64,000 nt of DNA from Myxococcales bacterium (lineage in GTDB: Bacteria > Myxococcota_A > Polyangia > Palsa-1104 > JAEUJZ01), in the NCBI GenBank assembly GCA_016794505.1, contig JAEUJZ010000076.1, positions 128,001 through 192,000 on the forward strand, in the 5' to 3' direction. Shown one piece after another: positions 40,665 to 49,263 of this stretch. Both the position numbers and the translations under genes were made by a program. A model generated the notes under the pieces. It ran no database searches and was not told where the DNA came from. It saw only the letters and a list, made by a program, of their open reading frames with translations. Position 1 is the first letter of the stretch; each line of letters begins with the position of its first letter.

Positions 40665-40739
40665 TTGCTGAACCCCACTTCGCGCCGGCCTGGCTCGATC
40701 CGAATGCGCACGCAGCGCTCGCGGTATGATGACCTTGGT

Positions 40740-41957
40740 ATGTTCCTTTCTCGTCGCACAGGGTCGTGGCTGCTCGGCGCGCTTTTGCCCGCGCTGCTTT
40801 GTACAGGTGCGGCGAGGCAGGCTTGGGCCAAGACGCGCCGACCCGCAGAGTCGCGAGCCAGCGGGCGGCATGCATCCTCAATGCCCGCTGAGCTTGCCGA
40901 AAAGCGCTGCGATGACCTCGACCCCGCATCCTTGGTGCAGGCCATCGAGACCGAGCTACCCAAGCTGCGCCTGCCCGACGAGACAGCCCCTGGTGCGATG
41001 GCTGCTTCACAACGCGAGGGAGCCCGCATTCCCGTCTTGGGTCAGCAGACCTTGGCCGAGTACGCCCACACCACGCTAGAGCCACTATTGGCCTTGGCGC
41101 GTCGTGGGCGCAGCGCGCTGTGCCATGCCCTGCCGCAGCAGTTTCGCTTCGTGCGCCTCGCCGATGCGACGCAAGGGCACGTCACCGCGTATTACCACCC
41201 CGTGGTGCGCGGCAGTCGAACGCCAAGCGGCGCGTACAAGCACCCGCTGTATCGTCGCCCGCCCGAGCCGCTCAGCCAGCTTGCCACCGCCGACATCTTG
41301 GCCGGCAAGCTCGACGGGCAAGGGCTTGAGCTGATCTATGTCGACAGCCCATACACCGCGCTCAACATCCACATCGAGGGCTCTGCGACCATTCAGCTGA
41401 TCGAAGGCGGCGAGATCAACATCACGCCCGATGGCCACAACGGACATCCCTATATCAACCCCTTGAAGTTGGCGCGGACGGATCGCGTCGTTCCACCGCT
41501 GACACCTGCCGATCCGCCCCCTGCGCCAGGGCAGAGCCGGACGCAGAGCTTCTTCCTTGCGCATCCCGAGATCCTGCGCAGCTACTGGGCCAAGAACGCG
41601 CACTTTGTGTTCTTCAAAGAGACGCCTCTGCGCGGCAGTGGACGCTTCGGTCAGCTGGTCTCGGGGCGCTCGATCGCAGTCGACAGCAGCCTTGTGCCAC
41701 TGGGTGTCGCGCTGTGGCTGCGCAGCGAAGTGGCGACCGGCCTGCGCAGTCTCGACGGCAGCGAACAGACGCTGTTTACCCCCATCAGTCGCCTGACCTT
41801 GGCGCAAGACACGGGTGCTGCCATCCGGGGCCGCGGGCGCGTCGATCTGTTCGTCGGCAGCGGACCGTCTGCGCAGCTTGCCGCAGCCCGCACCAGCCGC
41901 CCCGGAGAGCTGTTTCTAATCCTGCGCAAGAAACCCTCGCGACCACGCCGCAGCTAG
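40740..41957 (+). CDS. mltA: murein transglycosylase A (MltA)-like protein
   Basis: MltA-like core with a C-terminal 3D domain ('LVPLGVALW', 'AQDTGAAIRGRGRVDLFVGSG'). Signal peptide from MFLSRRTGSW; the tracked ORF starts at 40665. Confidence 0.65.
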   Translation: MFLSRRTGSWLLGALLPALLCTGAARQAWAKTRRPAESRASGRHASSMPAELAEKRCDDLDPASLVQAIETELPKLRLPDETAPGAMAASQREGARIPVLGQQTLAEYAHTTLEPLLALARRGRSALCHALPQQFRFVRLADATQGHVTAYYHPVVRGSRTPSGAYKHPLYRRPPEPLSQLATADILAGKLDGQGLELIYVDSPYTALNIHIEGSATIQLIEGGEINITPDGHNGHPYINPLKLARTDRVVPPLTPADPPPAPGQSRTQSFFLAHPEILRSYWAKNAHFVFFKETPLRGSGRFGQLVSGRSIAVDSSLVPLGVALWLRSEVATGLRSLDGSEQTLFTPISRLTLAQDTGAAIRGRGRVDLFVGSGPSAQLAAARTSRPGELFLILRKKPSRPRRS

Positions 41958-42017
41958 CGATTTCCTCTGCGACTTGAAATACCTATGTTCGCGTCCTGGC
42001 AAACGACATAGAGTTTT

Positions 42018-42443
42018 TTGAACGTGAGTAGCAGCGAGACGTTCATCGACAACTATCGGCTGTGGGTGGAAGACGACGTGCTCTGCCTGCGCGCCAGCGG
42101 CCCCATGACGTCCGCGATTGTCGACTGGCTGGTGGTAACAGTGCCCGATCTCTTGTCGCGCCATGCGCACTACTACATCCTGGCCGATCTGATCGACGCG
42201 GGTGCGATCTCGCCTGAGCTGCGCCGCCGCATCGTCGAGTTCACCGCGGCCCATCCGCCGCGCGCCATCGCCTTTTTTCACGTCGGGCTTATCGCCAAGG
42301 GCGTCAATGCGCTGCTGCTTGGAGCGCTGAACTTGTTCAGCAAGCGCAAGCAGCTTTGGCTGCAGTGCAACACGGAAGGCGAAGCCCGCGCCTGGCTGAA
42401 TGAACAGCGCCCCGGTCGCCATCACAGCGCGGCCCATTCGTAG
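42018..42443 (+). CDS. hypothetical cytosolic protein (STAS-like?)
   Basis: 141 aa with high GC3, from a TTG/GTG start. Preferred over the overlapping Arg-rich antisense ORF 41916-42677. Confidence 0.45.
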   Translation: MNVSSSETFIDNYRLWVEDDVLCLRASGPMTSAIVDWLVVTVPDLLSRHAHYYILADLIDAGAISPELRRRIVEFTAAHPPRAIAFFHVGLIAKGVNALLLGALNLFSKRKQLWLQCNTEGEARAWLNEQRPGRHHSAAHS

Positions 42444-42651
42444 AGCGCTCGTCACGGCATCGGGTTTTCCGCCCAGGCCGGCAGCGCCGCGATCTGCGTC
42501 AAGATCGACGCCTCGCCAACAGCCACGTGCTGGGGTTGGCTGCGACAGCCAAGGCGATGTGCGCCGCATCGCCGAGCCGACAAAACGCACCGCCCCAGAG
42601 AATCCCTGCGGACTCTCTGGGGCGGCTTGTGTTCGGGCCGTATTGGGGGGC

Positions 42652-43680
42652 TTACGGCTGCGGACCCGCGAACACAATCTGCATCAGCTCGTACGACACC
42701 ACGTTGCCGACTCCGGTGTTCTTGATGATGATGTAGCGGTTCTTCTTGGTGGTCAGGTTCACACCCAGAAGCGCGAACTTGTCCCACGCAATCGTGATGT
42801 TGCCGCTACCGCTGATCGCTTCCGTGACCAGCGCATTGCCCGTGCGATAGAACGTGTCGATCTCGGCGAACGAGTTCATACCGCAGCAGTCCGGCGAATC
42901 CGAGAACAGCTTCCACTCTTGACCCACCTGCGGCATGACGGCCGGAAGCTGCAGGATGACGCTTCCCGATGAGCTCGACTGAACGATCTTGTTCGCATCG
43001 ACCTTCAGGCTCAGCGCGTCCCAGTTGATGCCGTAGTTGGGTGGCGGCACCGACGAGCCAACGGCCGTTGCCTTGACCGTCGCATACGTCGCGGGCGGCG
43101 CGTTCAGCTCACACAGCGACTTATCATCCGACCAAATGGTGTTGATGATGAAGTCCTGGAAGTACGTGTCCGTCTGCCCCGGCGTTGGCGGCGAGTCCAG
43201 GCCCGTCAGACGCGCGTTGGCATAGAAGGCAAACCCAGTGGCCGGCGCCGGCAGGTTCACCGAGGCGGCAGCCGGTGGATAGGCGCGGCCCAGGTTGAAC
43301 GGCGTCGCCAGCGGATAGTCCTTGAGCGCCGGGTTCGAGCCTTCCTGCACCGTGATGCTCTTGAGCAAGAGCGGGCAACCGGTGATGGTGTCGTTCAGCG
43401 CCATCTCGACGGCTGGTGGCACGGTGACTGGGGCGCCGAAGGTCAGGGCCCAGTTTTCGTTCTTGTGAACTTTGCAGTTCGCGCCATACGTGCCCTTGAT
43501 GCCTTTCGGCAAAAGCGGGACGCTCTGTCCAGCGGGGCCGCTAAGAGCCTTGATCGCACGATCAAAGCCATCTCCGATACCCGAGACGTTGCCGCCATTT
43601 CCGCAGCCGCTAAGCGCGAATCCGGCCAGTGCCAAAGCGCCAATCATGGGACGAACGAACGACATAGTTAGGTTTGACAT
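42652..43680 (-). CDS. lipoprotein with unassigned C-terminal 'CC...F[AP]GPQ' domain (paralog A)
   Basis: Signal 'MSNLTMSFVRPMIGALALAGFALSGC'. GGAGA RBS before ATG at 43680. The C-terminal ~110 aa is homologous to paralog B. Confidence 0.6.
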   Translation of the reverse strand: MSNLTMSFVRPMIGALALAGFALSGCGNGGNVSGIGDGFDRAIKALSGPAGQSVPLLPKGIKGTYGANCKVHKNENWALTFGAPVTVPPAVEMALNDTITGCPLLLKSITVQEGSNPALKDYPLATPFNLGRAYPPAAASVNLPAPATGFAFYANARLTGLDSPPTPGQTDTYFQDFIINTIWSDDKSLCELNAPPATYATVKATAVGSSVPPPNYGINWDALSLKVDANKIVQSSSSGSVILQLPAVMPQVGQEWKLFSDSPDCCGMNSFAEIDTFYRTGNALVTEAISGSGNITIAWDKFALLGVNLTTKKNRYIIIKNTGVGNVVSYELMQIVFAGPQP

Positions 43681-43973
43681 GATGCTTTCTCCAGTGTTTA
43701 GCTTCGGGAAACAAGAGGGCTCTGAAATGTGAGGCTTCCGCTTCCCCGTTTTCCACCCCAGAGCCCCCGCTTCCGACGTCTTGAGTCTTGAGCACGCGCT
43801 GTGCCAACTGCAAAACAAGCTCATTTTGATGGGTATGTACGGATGAAGCAGGCCCAAGCCACTTCCCGCCTGCGAAAGACTTGCCACCAAGCCTTCTATT
43901 TATGAATTAAATTCGCTCTCGGCTTTCAACTATGCGATTTATCTAAACTCACATTGCACACTCTTGTGATTTC

Positions 43974-44000
43974 ATGTGGGCAATCAATTTATGCCCACAT
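43974..44000. promoter_or_regulatory. 9-9-9 palindrome in the AT-rich spacer (operator- or hairpin-like)
   Basis: 'ATGTGGGCA-atcaattta-TGCCCACAT' lies ~300 bp upstream of the paralog A start, inside a ~240-bp AT-rich island. Confidence 0.4.
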
Positions 44001-44176
44001 CGTCTGCCCGTCGTACTGTATGTGCGTTTAGAGCAAGAAACACATCGCGAAAATTATTCGCTTTGTGCGATTTTTATCGTGGATGGGTAAAAGACGGATC
44101 CGCCGCACACGGCGAAATCAAGGCGAGGTATAAAGGCGAGGTGTGAAGGCGGGGTGCAATGGGCGGGGTAAGGTGC

Positions 44177-44734
44177 CTATTGTGGGCCGGGGAAGACGAA
44201 CTCAAACAGAGCATAGGCCGGCTGGCCCGAGTCTGCCTGACGCCGCACGATTAGCTGGCGCTTCGTCGGCAGCATCTTGCCCATCAAGCCAAAGGCACGC
44301 CACGGCAGCACCTGCTCTCCGCTGCTTGTGATGCGCCCCGTGCTGGCCGGAGTCGCCGTGTTGTACAGCGAGTGCAGCGTGCCATAGGTGTATTGCTGGC
44401 AGCATGCGTCGCTGACATCGAACGTCTTCCATTCTTCACCGGGCTGGCTGTCTTTAGTTGCCAATCGTAAGACGATATTTCCCGATGAAGAGTCCTGCAC
44501 CACCAGATTGGCGTCTACCAGCAGTCGCAGGTTGTCAAAGGACCACAGATAATTCGGTGAAGCATCGGCCGCCGCCGCTGTGGCCGAGACCGAAGGCGGC
44601 GTACCGCTGCGATCCGCCGATTCGCTCTGTGTCGTAGTGGGCGTCGAACCACAGCCCAACCACAGTCCCAAACCAACGAGCCACGCGGCGTGCATACATG
44701 GGCTCCCGCGATGAAACAGACGAATCGGACGCAT
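44177..44734 (-). CDS. lipoprotein with unassigned C-terminal 'CC...F[AP]GPQ' domain (paralog B)
   Basis: Signal 'MRPIRLFHRGSPCMHAAWLVGLGLWLGC'. C-terminus 'VQDSSSGNIVLRLA..GEEWKTFDVSDACCQQY...FVFPGPQ' aligns with paralog A 'VQSSSSGSVILQLP..GQEWKLFSDSPDCCGMN...IVFAGPQP'. Confidence 0.55.
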   Translation of the reverse strand: MRPIRLFHRGSPCMHAAWLVGLGLWLGCGSTPTTTQSESADRSGTPPSVSATAAAADASPNYLWSFDNLRLLVDANLVVQDSSSGNIVLRLATKDSQPGEEWKTFDVSDACCQQYTYGTLHSLYNTATPASTGRITSSGEQVLPWRAFGLMGKMLPTKRQLIVRRQADSGQPAYALFEFVFPGPQ

Positions 44735-45177
44735 GATGTCCCCCCTTTCCGCGGCTCCGCATCAGGCGGGCCGCGCCCTGCTCCTTCGCAAGCCCTGGGC
44801 CAGTCATGCGGCTCGCTTCTCGACGGAAAAATTTTCCTCGTCCGCGCTTTCTGCGATCCATGCGGGGCGGCGCAGCCCGCGATTTCTTGCATCCGGCTTG
44901 GCGCGGGCTAAGCAAGCCAGCACTCCTCGCAAAAAATTGCGGCGACCGCGTCGCTGCGAAGCAAGCAGCGCCCTGCGGATCGATCGCCGGCTCGCTGAGG
45001 TGGGCAAAGCCAGTCCGCAGCCCCTGCCGGGCCACACCGGTCTCTGGCAGATTTTTCGCGATTCGCACAGCGCCTAACGGCAAGCGAGGCTCTATGCGCT
45101 GATCACGTATCAGCTGCCCTTGTGCCCAAAAACAAACAAAGAAAAACAGCGGGCTCGCCGCTTCTTCGCCAACCTTT

Positions 45178-46329
45178 TTAATGGCTTAGCTTCTGTCGCG
45201 GCAGAGCCAGAAGCTCGGCAAGCTGCTCTTTCAAGATCGGCAGCGGCTGCGCATAGACGTCTTCGATCAGCGAGACCAGCGGCGGCGGTCCAATGGTCTC
45301 GACGGCGGCCAGCGCGGCCTGTAGCTCGGCCGTAATCTCGTCGCGATAGATCTGCTCGATGGCCGGGGTCAGCACGCCGCGCTTGGTCATGTACTTGCCG
45401 AAGCGGTTCAGCGGATCGCGCTTTTCCCAGATCGCGCTCTCGTCGAGATCGCCCTTGCGATAGACGCTGGGATCATCGGATGAAGAGTGCGCCGCGCGGC
45501 GATACGTGCAGGCTTCGATCAGCGTCGGGCCTTCCCCCGCGCGAGCCCGCGCCGCTGCCTGCAGCGTCACTGCTGCCAAGGCCAGCACATCGTTGCCATC
45601 GACGCGAATGCCCGGAAAGCCATAGGCCAAGGCCTTGTGCGCGATCGACTTGGCAGCCGTCTGCACGGTGGCTGGCGTCGAGATCGCCCAGCCGTTGTTG
45701 CGGCAGACGAAGATGCACGGCGCCTTCCACACTCCCGCGAAGTTCAGGCCGACGTGGAAGTCACCAGGCGAGGCCGTACCTTCGCCGAAGTACACGACCG
45801 AGACATCGTCTTTGCCCATGATCTGCGCCGCCCGCGCCGCGCCCACCGCCTGCGGGATCTGCGTGCCGACCGGCGATGAGATCGAGACGAAGTTGCCGGC
45901 GCGGAAGGTGTGGTGTACCGGCATCTGCCGACCCTTTACCGGATCTTCGGCGTTGCCAAAAAGCTGATTGGTGAAGTCGCGCAGCGTATAGCCGCGCCAG
46001 AACGCAATGCCGGGCTCGCGATACGACGGGAACACCCAGTCGCTCTGCCGCAGGGCATAGGCCACGCCCAGATGCGTCGCTTCTTCGCCGAGCGACTGCA
46101 TGTAAAAGCCCAGGCGCCCCGTGCGCTGCAGCTTCATAAAGCGGTCATCGACCAGGCGCACTTTCAGCATCTCGCGATAGATGCGCAGACCGTCGGCATC
46201 CGAGATCTTGGGGACCAGCGCCGGATCGACATCGGCGCGCACAGCGCCGTCGTCGTCGAGAATCGCGAAAGGAGGCGGAGCATCACCCGCTTCCAGGATG
46301 GTCAGGCCAGGGGCTGTCGCTTGATTCAT
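45178..46329 (-). CDS. 2-oxoacid dehydrogenase E1 component alpha subunit (BCKDH/PDH E1-alpha, TPP-dependent)
   Basis: TPP motif region 'VYFGEGTASPGDFHVGLNFAGVWKAPCIFVCRNNGWAIST'. 'YRRAAHSSSDDPSVYR' carries the phospho-site-like region. AAGGGAG RBS before ATG at 46329. Confidence 0.85.
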   Translation of the reverse strand: MNQATAPGLTILEAGDAPPPFAILDDDGAVRADVDPALVPKISDADGLRIYREMLKVRLVDDRFMKLQRTGRLGFYMQSLGEEATHLGVAYALRQSDWVFPSYREPGIAFWRGYTLRDFTNQLFGNAEDPVKGRQMPVHHTFRAGNFVSISSPVGTQIPQAVGAARAAQIMGKDDVSVVYFGEGTASPGDFHVGLNFAGVWKAPCIFVCRNNGWAISTPATVQTAAKSIAHKALAYGFPGIRVDGNDVLALAAVTLQAAARARAGEGPTLIEACTYRRAAHSSSDDPSVYRKGDLDESAIWEKRDPLNRFGKYMTKRGVLTPAIEQIYRDEITAELQAALAAVETIGPPPLVSLIEDVYAQPLPILKEQLAELLALPRQKLSH

Positions 46330-46567
46330 GGCGCTCCCTTGTATTCGCCCCCACCCGCCCGCGTCAATACGAACCTTGGCCCGGTACTGCGCGCCGGGCC
46401 ACGTAGCGCCGCCGCATTCGGTGCATCGCCTGCGGGCCATACCGCAGCCGTTGCGCGGCGATCCCGCGGGGGGAAAGTCCCCCCCAGCTGGAGCCTTGGC
46501 GGCATCGCGATCTCGACGCGATTGGGGGCTTGCAGGAACCGCGCGGGCTGCGCGTATGATGCGCGCC

Positions 46568-47629
46568 ATGAAGCGCTTATCTCCTCGCTTATGGCTGGCA
46601 TCGACCGTGGCTGCGACAGCGTTTTCGTTGGGACTGTCGCTCGTATCGTGCAGTCGCGGAGGCGCGATGGAAGACACATCCCGCCCGCGCGATCTCACCG
46701 TCCACTACTTCCCCGATGATGATGAAGACATGGCCAGCCCGACGCCGGTCGATCTGAGCTCGCCCAGCGACATGGCGACTGGGCCGCAGCCGGACTGGGA
46801 CAAGCTGACGGCGTACCTGGACGCGCTCTACGACGCAAACCAAAGCCTGCTGCGAGCACACCCTGCCACCAGCGACATCTGGACGGCCAGCGACAACATG
46901 GCGGCGGCCCGCGCATACGAGTACCTGCCCAAGCCGAACCTGATGAGACGCGACGCCATCCTGTCGACGCTCAAGAGCTACAAGATCTGCGGCTGCGATG
47001 CCGTGTCCGAGCACGACGCGACCACCAACCACCATCACGATCCCTTGGTGATCAAGGGCGCACAGATTCCGACGACGCCGCAGCGCGACTGCACACGCAC
47101 GCCGCGCAAGGTCAGCGGACCGGCATCGTTCTGCGACAGCGGCGGCAGCCGGTGCCCCAGCGCCACCATCGTGCATGAGGATCACGCGGCCTGGCTCGGC
47201 GACCCGTGCAACTTTGGCATCTGCAACGCGGGATCGATCAGTGGCTGGGACGAAAGCGGCCCTGGGCGTGGCCTGGCTCAGACCATGGCGATTCAGATCC
47301 TCAACCGACGAAATCGCGGCCTGTCAACGAACGAGCTTTGGCAGAACCTGGCGCTCAAGTGGGATGGACGCGGCCTGTTTGATGCGCGAGCCGATCAAGA
47401 TCGCCGCTACTCCGTGCAGGCGCTGGCCCTGTTCAAGATCGTGGCGCGCGTGCTCGGCAAGCCAGTGCCGAGCGGGCTCGACGAAAAGCTGATCGCAGCC
47501 CAAGGCGCGAACGGCGGCATTCGCACGCACTATGCGCTCGATGGCAGCTTCACCCTCGATCAGCAGGGCACGGCCGAGACCACGTCGTACGTCGTCTTGG
47601 CTTTCCGCAAGCCGGTCGCTGACTTCTAG
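46568..47629 (+). CDS. hypothetical lipoprotein
   Basis: 'MKRLSPRLWLASTVAATAFSLGLSLVSC' lipoprotein signal. The mature part is Asp/His-rich with several Cys. Function unknown. Confidence 0.5.
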   Translation: MKRLSPRLWLASTVAATAFSLGLSLVSCSRGGAMEDTSRPRDLTVHYFPDDDEDMASPTPVDLSSPSDMATGPQPDWDKLTAYLDALYDANQSLLRAHPATSDIWTASDNMAAARAYEYLPKPNLMRRDAILSTLKSYKICGCDAVSEHDATTNHHHDPLVIKGAQIPTTPQRDCTRTPRKVSGPASFCDSGGSRCPSATIVHEDHAAWLGDPCNFGICNAGSISGWDESGPGRGLAQTMAIQILNRRNRGLSTNELWQNLALKWDGRGLFDARADQDRRYSVQALALFKIVARVLGKPVPSGLDEKLIAAQGANGGIRTHYALDGSFTLDQQGTAETTSYVVLAFRKPVADF

Positions 47630-48813
47630 CTGCGGTGCCGCAATGCCGTGCCGCGCGCATCAACAAGGGCCCGCGTCACGTTCTGCAAGCCGGTCTTCAG
47701 ATCGTCGCTGCTCGGCCAGCCAAAGCCGATGCGCATGTACCTTCGTTCTTGCTCGAACCAGTGCCCAGGACCGACGTAGGTCTGATAGCGCTCGTTGAGG
47801 ATGCGATAGAACGCATCGACCGCAATGTCGTGCCGAAGCGGATCGCGCAGACGCGGGAAGCAGACCACGCCCCCCTGCGGCTCGACGCACTCGATCAGCT
47901 CAGCGGTCGTCGGCTCGGCCAGCCAAGCGTGCACGATCGAAAGGTGCTGCTGAATGTGCTGCTGAATGCGCGGCAGGTGCTGCGCCTTGTGCTGCAGATA
48001 ACGTAGCGCGATCGCTTCATCGACGACCGAGTTGGTGATGACGATCTGTTCTTTGGCGGCCAAGAAGCGTTCATGTAATGCCGCGTCGCGACACAGCAGC
48101 CAGCCGATGCGGATGCCTGGCAGGCCAAAGGTCTTGGACATCGACGACACGCTGATGGCCCGCGGGCTCAGCGTGGCAGCGACGGGCGGCAGCGCGGCAA
48201 ACGCCATCTCGCGATAGGTCTCGTCGACCAAAAGATACGCGCCGTGGCCTTCCAAAAGCGACAGCACGCGCCGCAGATCGGCCAAAGGCAGCAGCGTTCC
48301 CGTCGGGTTGTGCGGCGTGGTCAACGACACCAGGCGCGTGTTCGGCCGCAGCAGCTGCCGCAGACGCTCGACCGAAAGCTGCCAGCCGTCTTCAAAGCGC
48401 AGATCCAGATAGCTGATGTCGGCGCCCACGGCCCGTGGCGTCTCGATGTTGGTCGCGTAGTTGGGACGCACGACGATCAAGTGATCGCCGCGCTCCAGAA
48501 GCGTCGTCGAAACGATGAACAGCGCGAGCGCCGCGCCACTGGTCACAAGCACATCGTCCGCCGAAAGCGCCGTCGCAGCGCTCGGCTGTCCGGCCTGGCT
48601 CTGCTGCGCGATCAGCGCCCGCAGATCGGGATGGCCGCGGTGGTCGCTGTAACACAGCACAAGCTCGCGCAGCGCCTGATCCAAGCCCAAGCTGGGCCAC
48701 AGCTCATGCAGACGCGCATCAGTCAACGAGCTCTCGGTCAGGTTGTATCGAATGCGGTCATAGCCCAGCTGCTCGGGCGACTCGATCTCAATCGGCATGC
48801 GGACATAGTTCAT
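47626..48813 (-). CDS. PLP-dependent aminotransferase (class I/II)
   Basis: 'SVSSMSKTFGLPGIRIGWL' (PLP-lysine region) and 'LTTPHNPTG'. Start MNYVRMPIEIE at 48813. Confidence 0.8.
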   Translation of the reverse strand: MNYVRMPIEIESPEQLGYDRIRYNLTESSLTDARLHELWPSLGLDQALRELVLCYSDHRGHPDLRALIAQQSQAGQPSAATALSADDVLVTSGAALALFIVSTTLLERGDHLIVVRPNYATNIETPRAVGADISYLDLRFEDGWQLSVERLRQLLRPNTRLVSLTTPHNPTGTLLPLADLRRVLSLLEGHGAYLLVDETYREMAFAALPPVAATLSPRAISVSSMSKTFGLPGIRIGWLLCRDAALHERFLAAKEQIVITNSVVDEAIALRYLQHKAQHLPRIQQHIQQHLSIVHAWLAEPTTAELIECVEPQGGVVCFPRLRDPLRHDIAVDAFYRILNERYQTYVGPGHWFEQERRYMRIGFGWPSSDDLKTGLQNVTRALVDARGTALRHRS

Positions 48814-48913
48814 GGCCGCAAGGTATCGCCCTTTTCTGGTACCCGTCCATGACTGAACGGCGAGCTCACTTGCCCTACCCGCGCGGGGCCGCGCTGCTGA
48901 TACACTGCCCGGC

Positions 48914-49252
48914 ATGTCGCCTGAGATCGCCATCCCATTCATCGTTTTTGGGACGCCTGTCGCGCTGACCTTTATCCACAAGTATTTCAAGTTCCGCGAA
49001 AAGCAGCTCGAAGCCCAAGGTGCCCATCCCAAGCTTCTTGAAGCCGTGCGCGCTGAATACGAGGGCAAGCAGCGCGATCTGGAAGCGCGCATTGAAAACC
49101 TAGAGTCGATCCTCATCGAGAGCGATGGCGACCTAGAGCGCCGCATTGCCGAGAAAGCCAAGCGAGCACCGCTGCCCGGTGCCACGCCCAGCCGAGCCCT
49201 GCCCGAGAAAAGCTCGCTCGACGCTGGATCGCACCGCGCCCCCCAGGAATAA
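48914..49252 (+). CDS. small membrane protein, PspB-like (uncertain)
   Basis: N-terminal TM 'IAIPFIVFGTPVALTFI', then 'QRDLEARIENLESILIE', which is reminiscent of PspB 'RERIQALESIL'. Confidence 0.35.
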   Translation: MSPEIAIPFIVFGTPVALTFIHKYFKFREKQLEAQGAHPKLLEAVRAEYEGKQRDLEARIENLESILIESDGDLERRIAEKAKRAPLPGATPSRALPEKSSLDAGSHRAPQE

Positions 49253-49263
49253 CTCGGCCGCGC

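Noticed and set aside
41916-42677. 253-aa minus-strand ORF overlapping the + strand 42018-42443 gene
   Set aside because: Arg/Gly-rich composition typical of antisense reading of GC-rich coding DNA. The + strand ORF has the high GC3 codon pattern of the real genes here.
44733-45177. 114-aa plus ORF and 182-aa minus ORF in the 440-bp gap between lipoprotein paralog B and E1-alpha
   Set aside because: Arg-rich with no motifs. The region is better treated as noncoding (contains a short GCTGAT-cacgt-ATCAGC hairpin), though an sRNA is not excluded.
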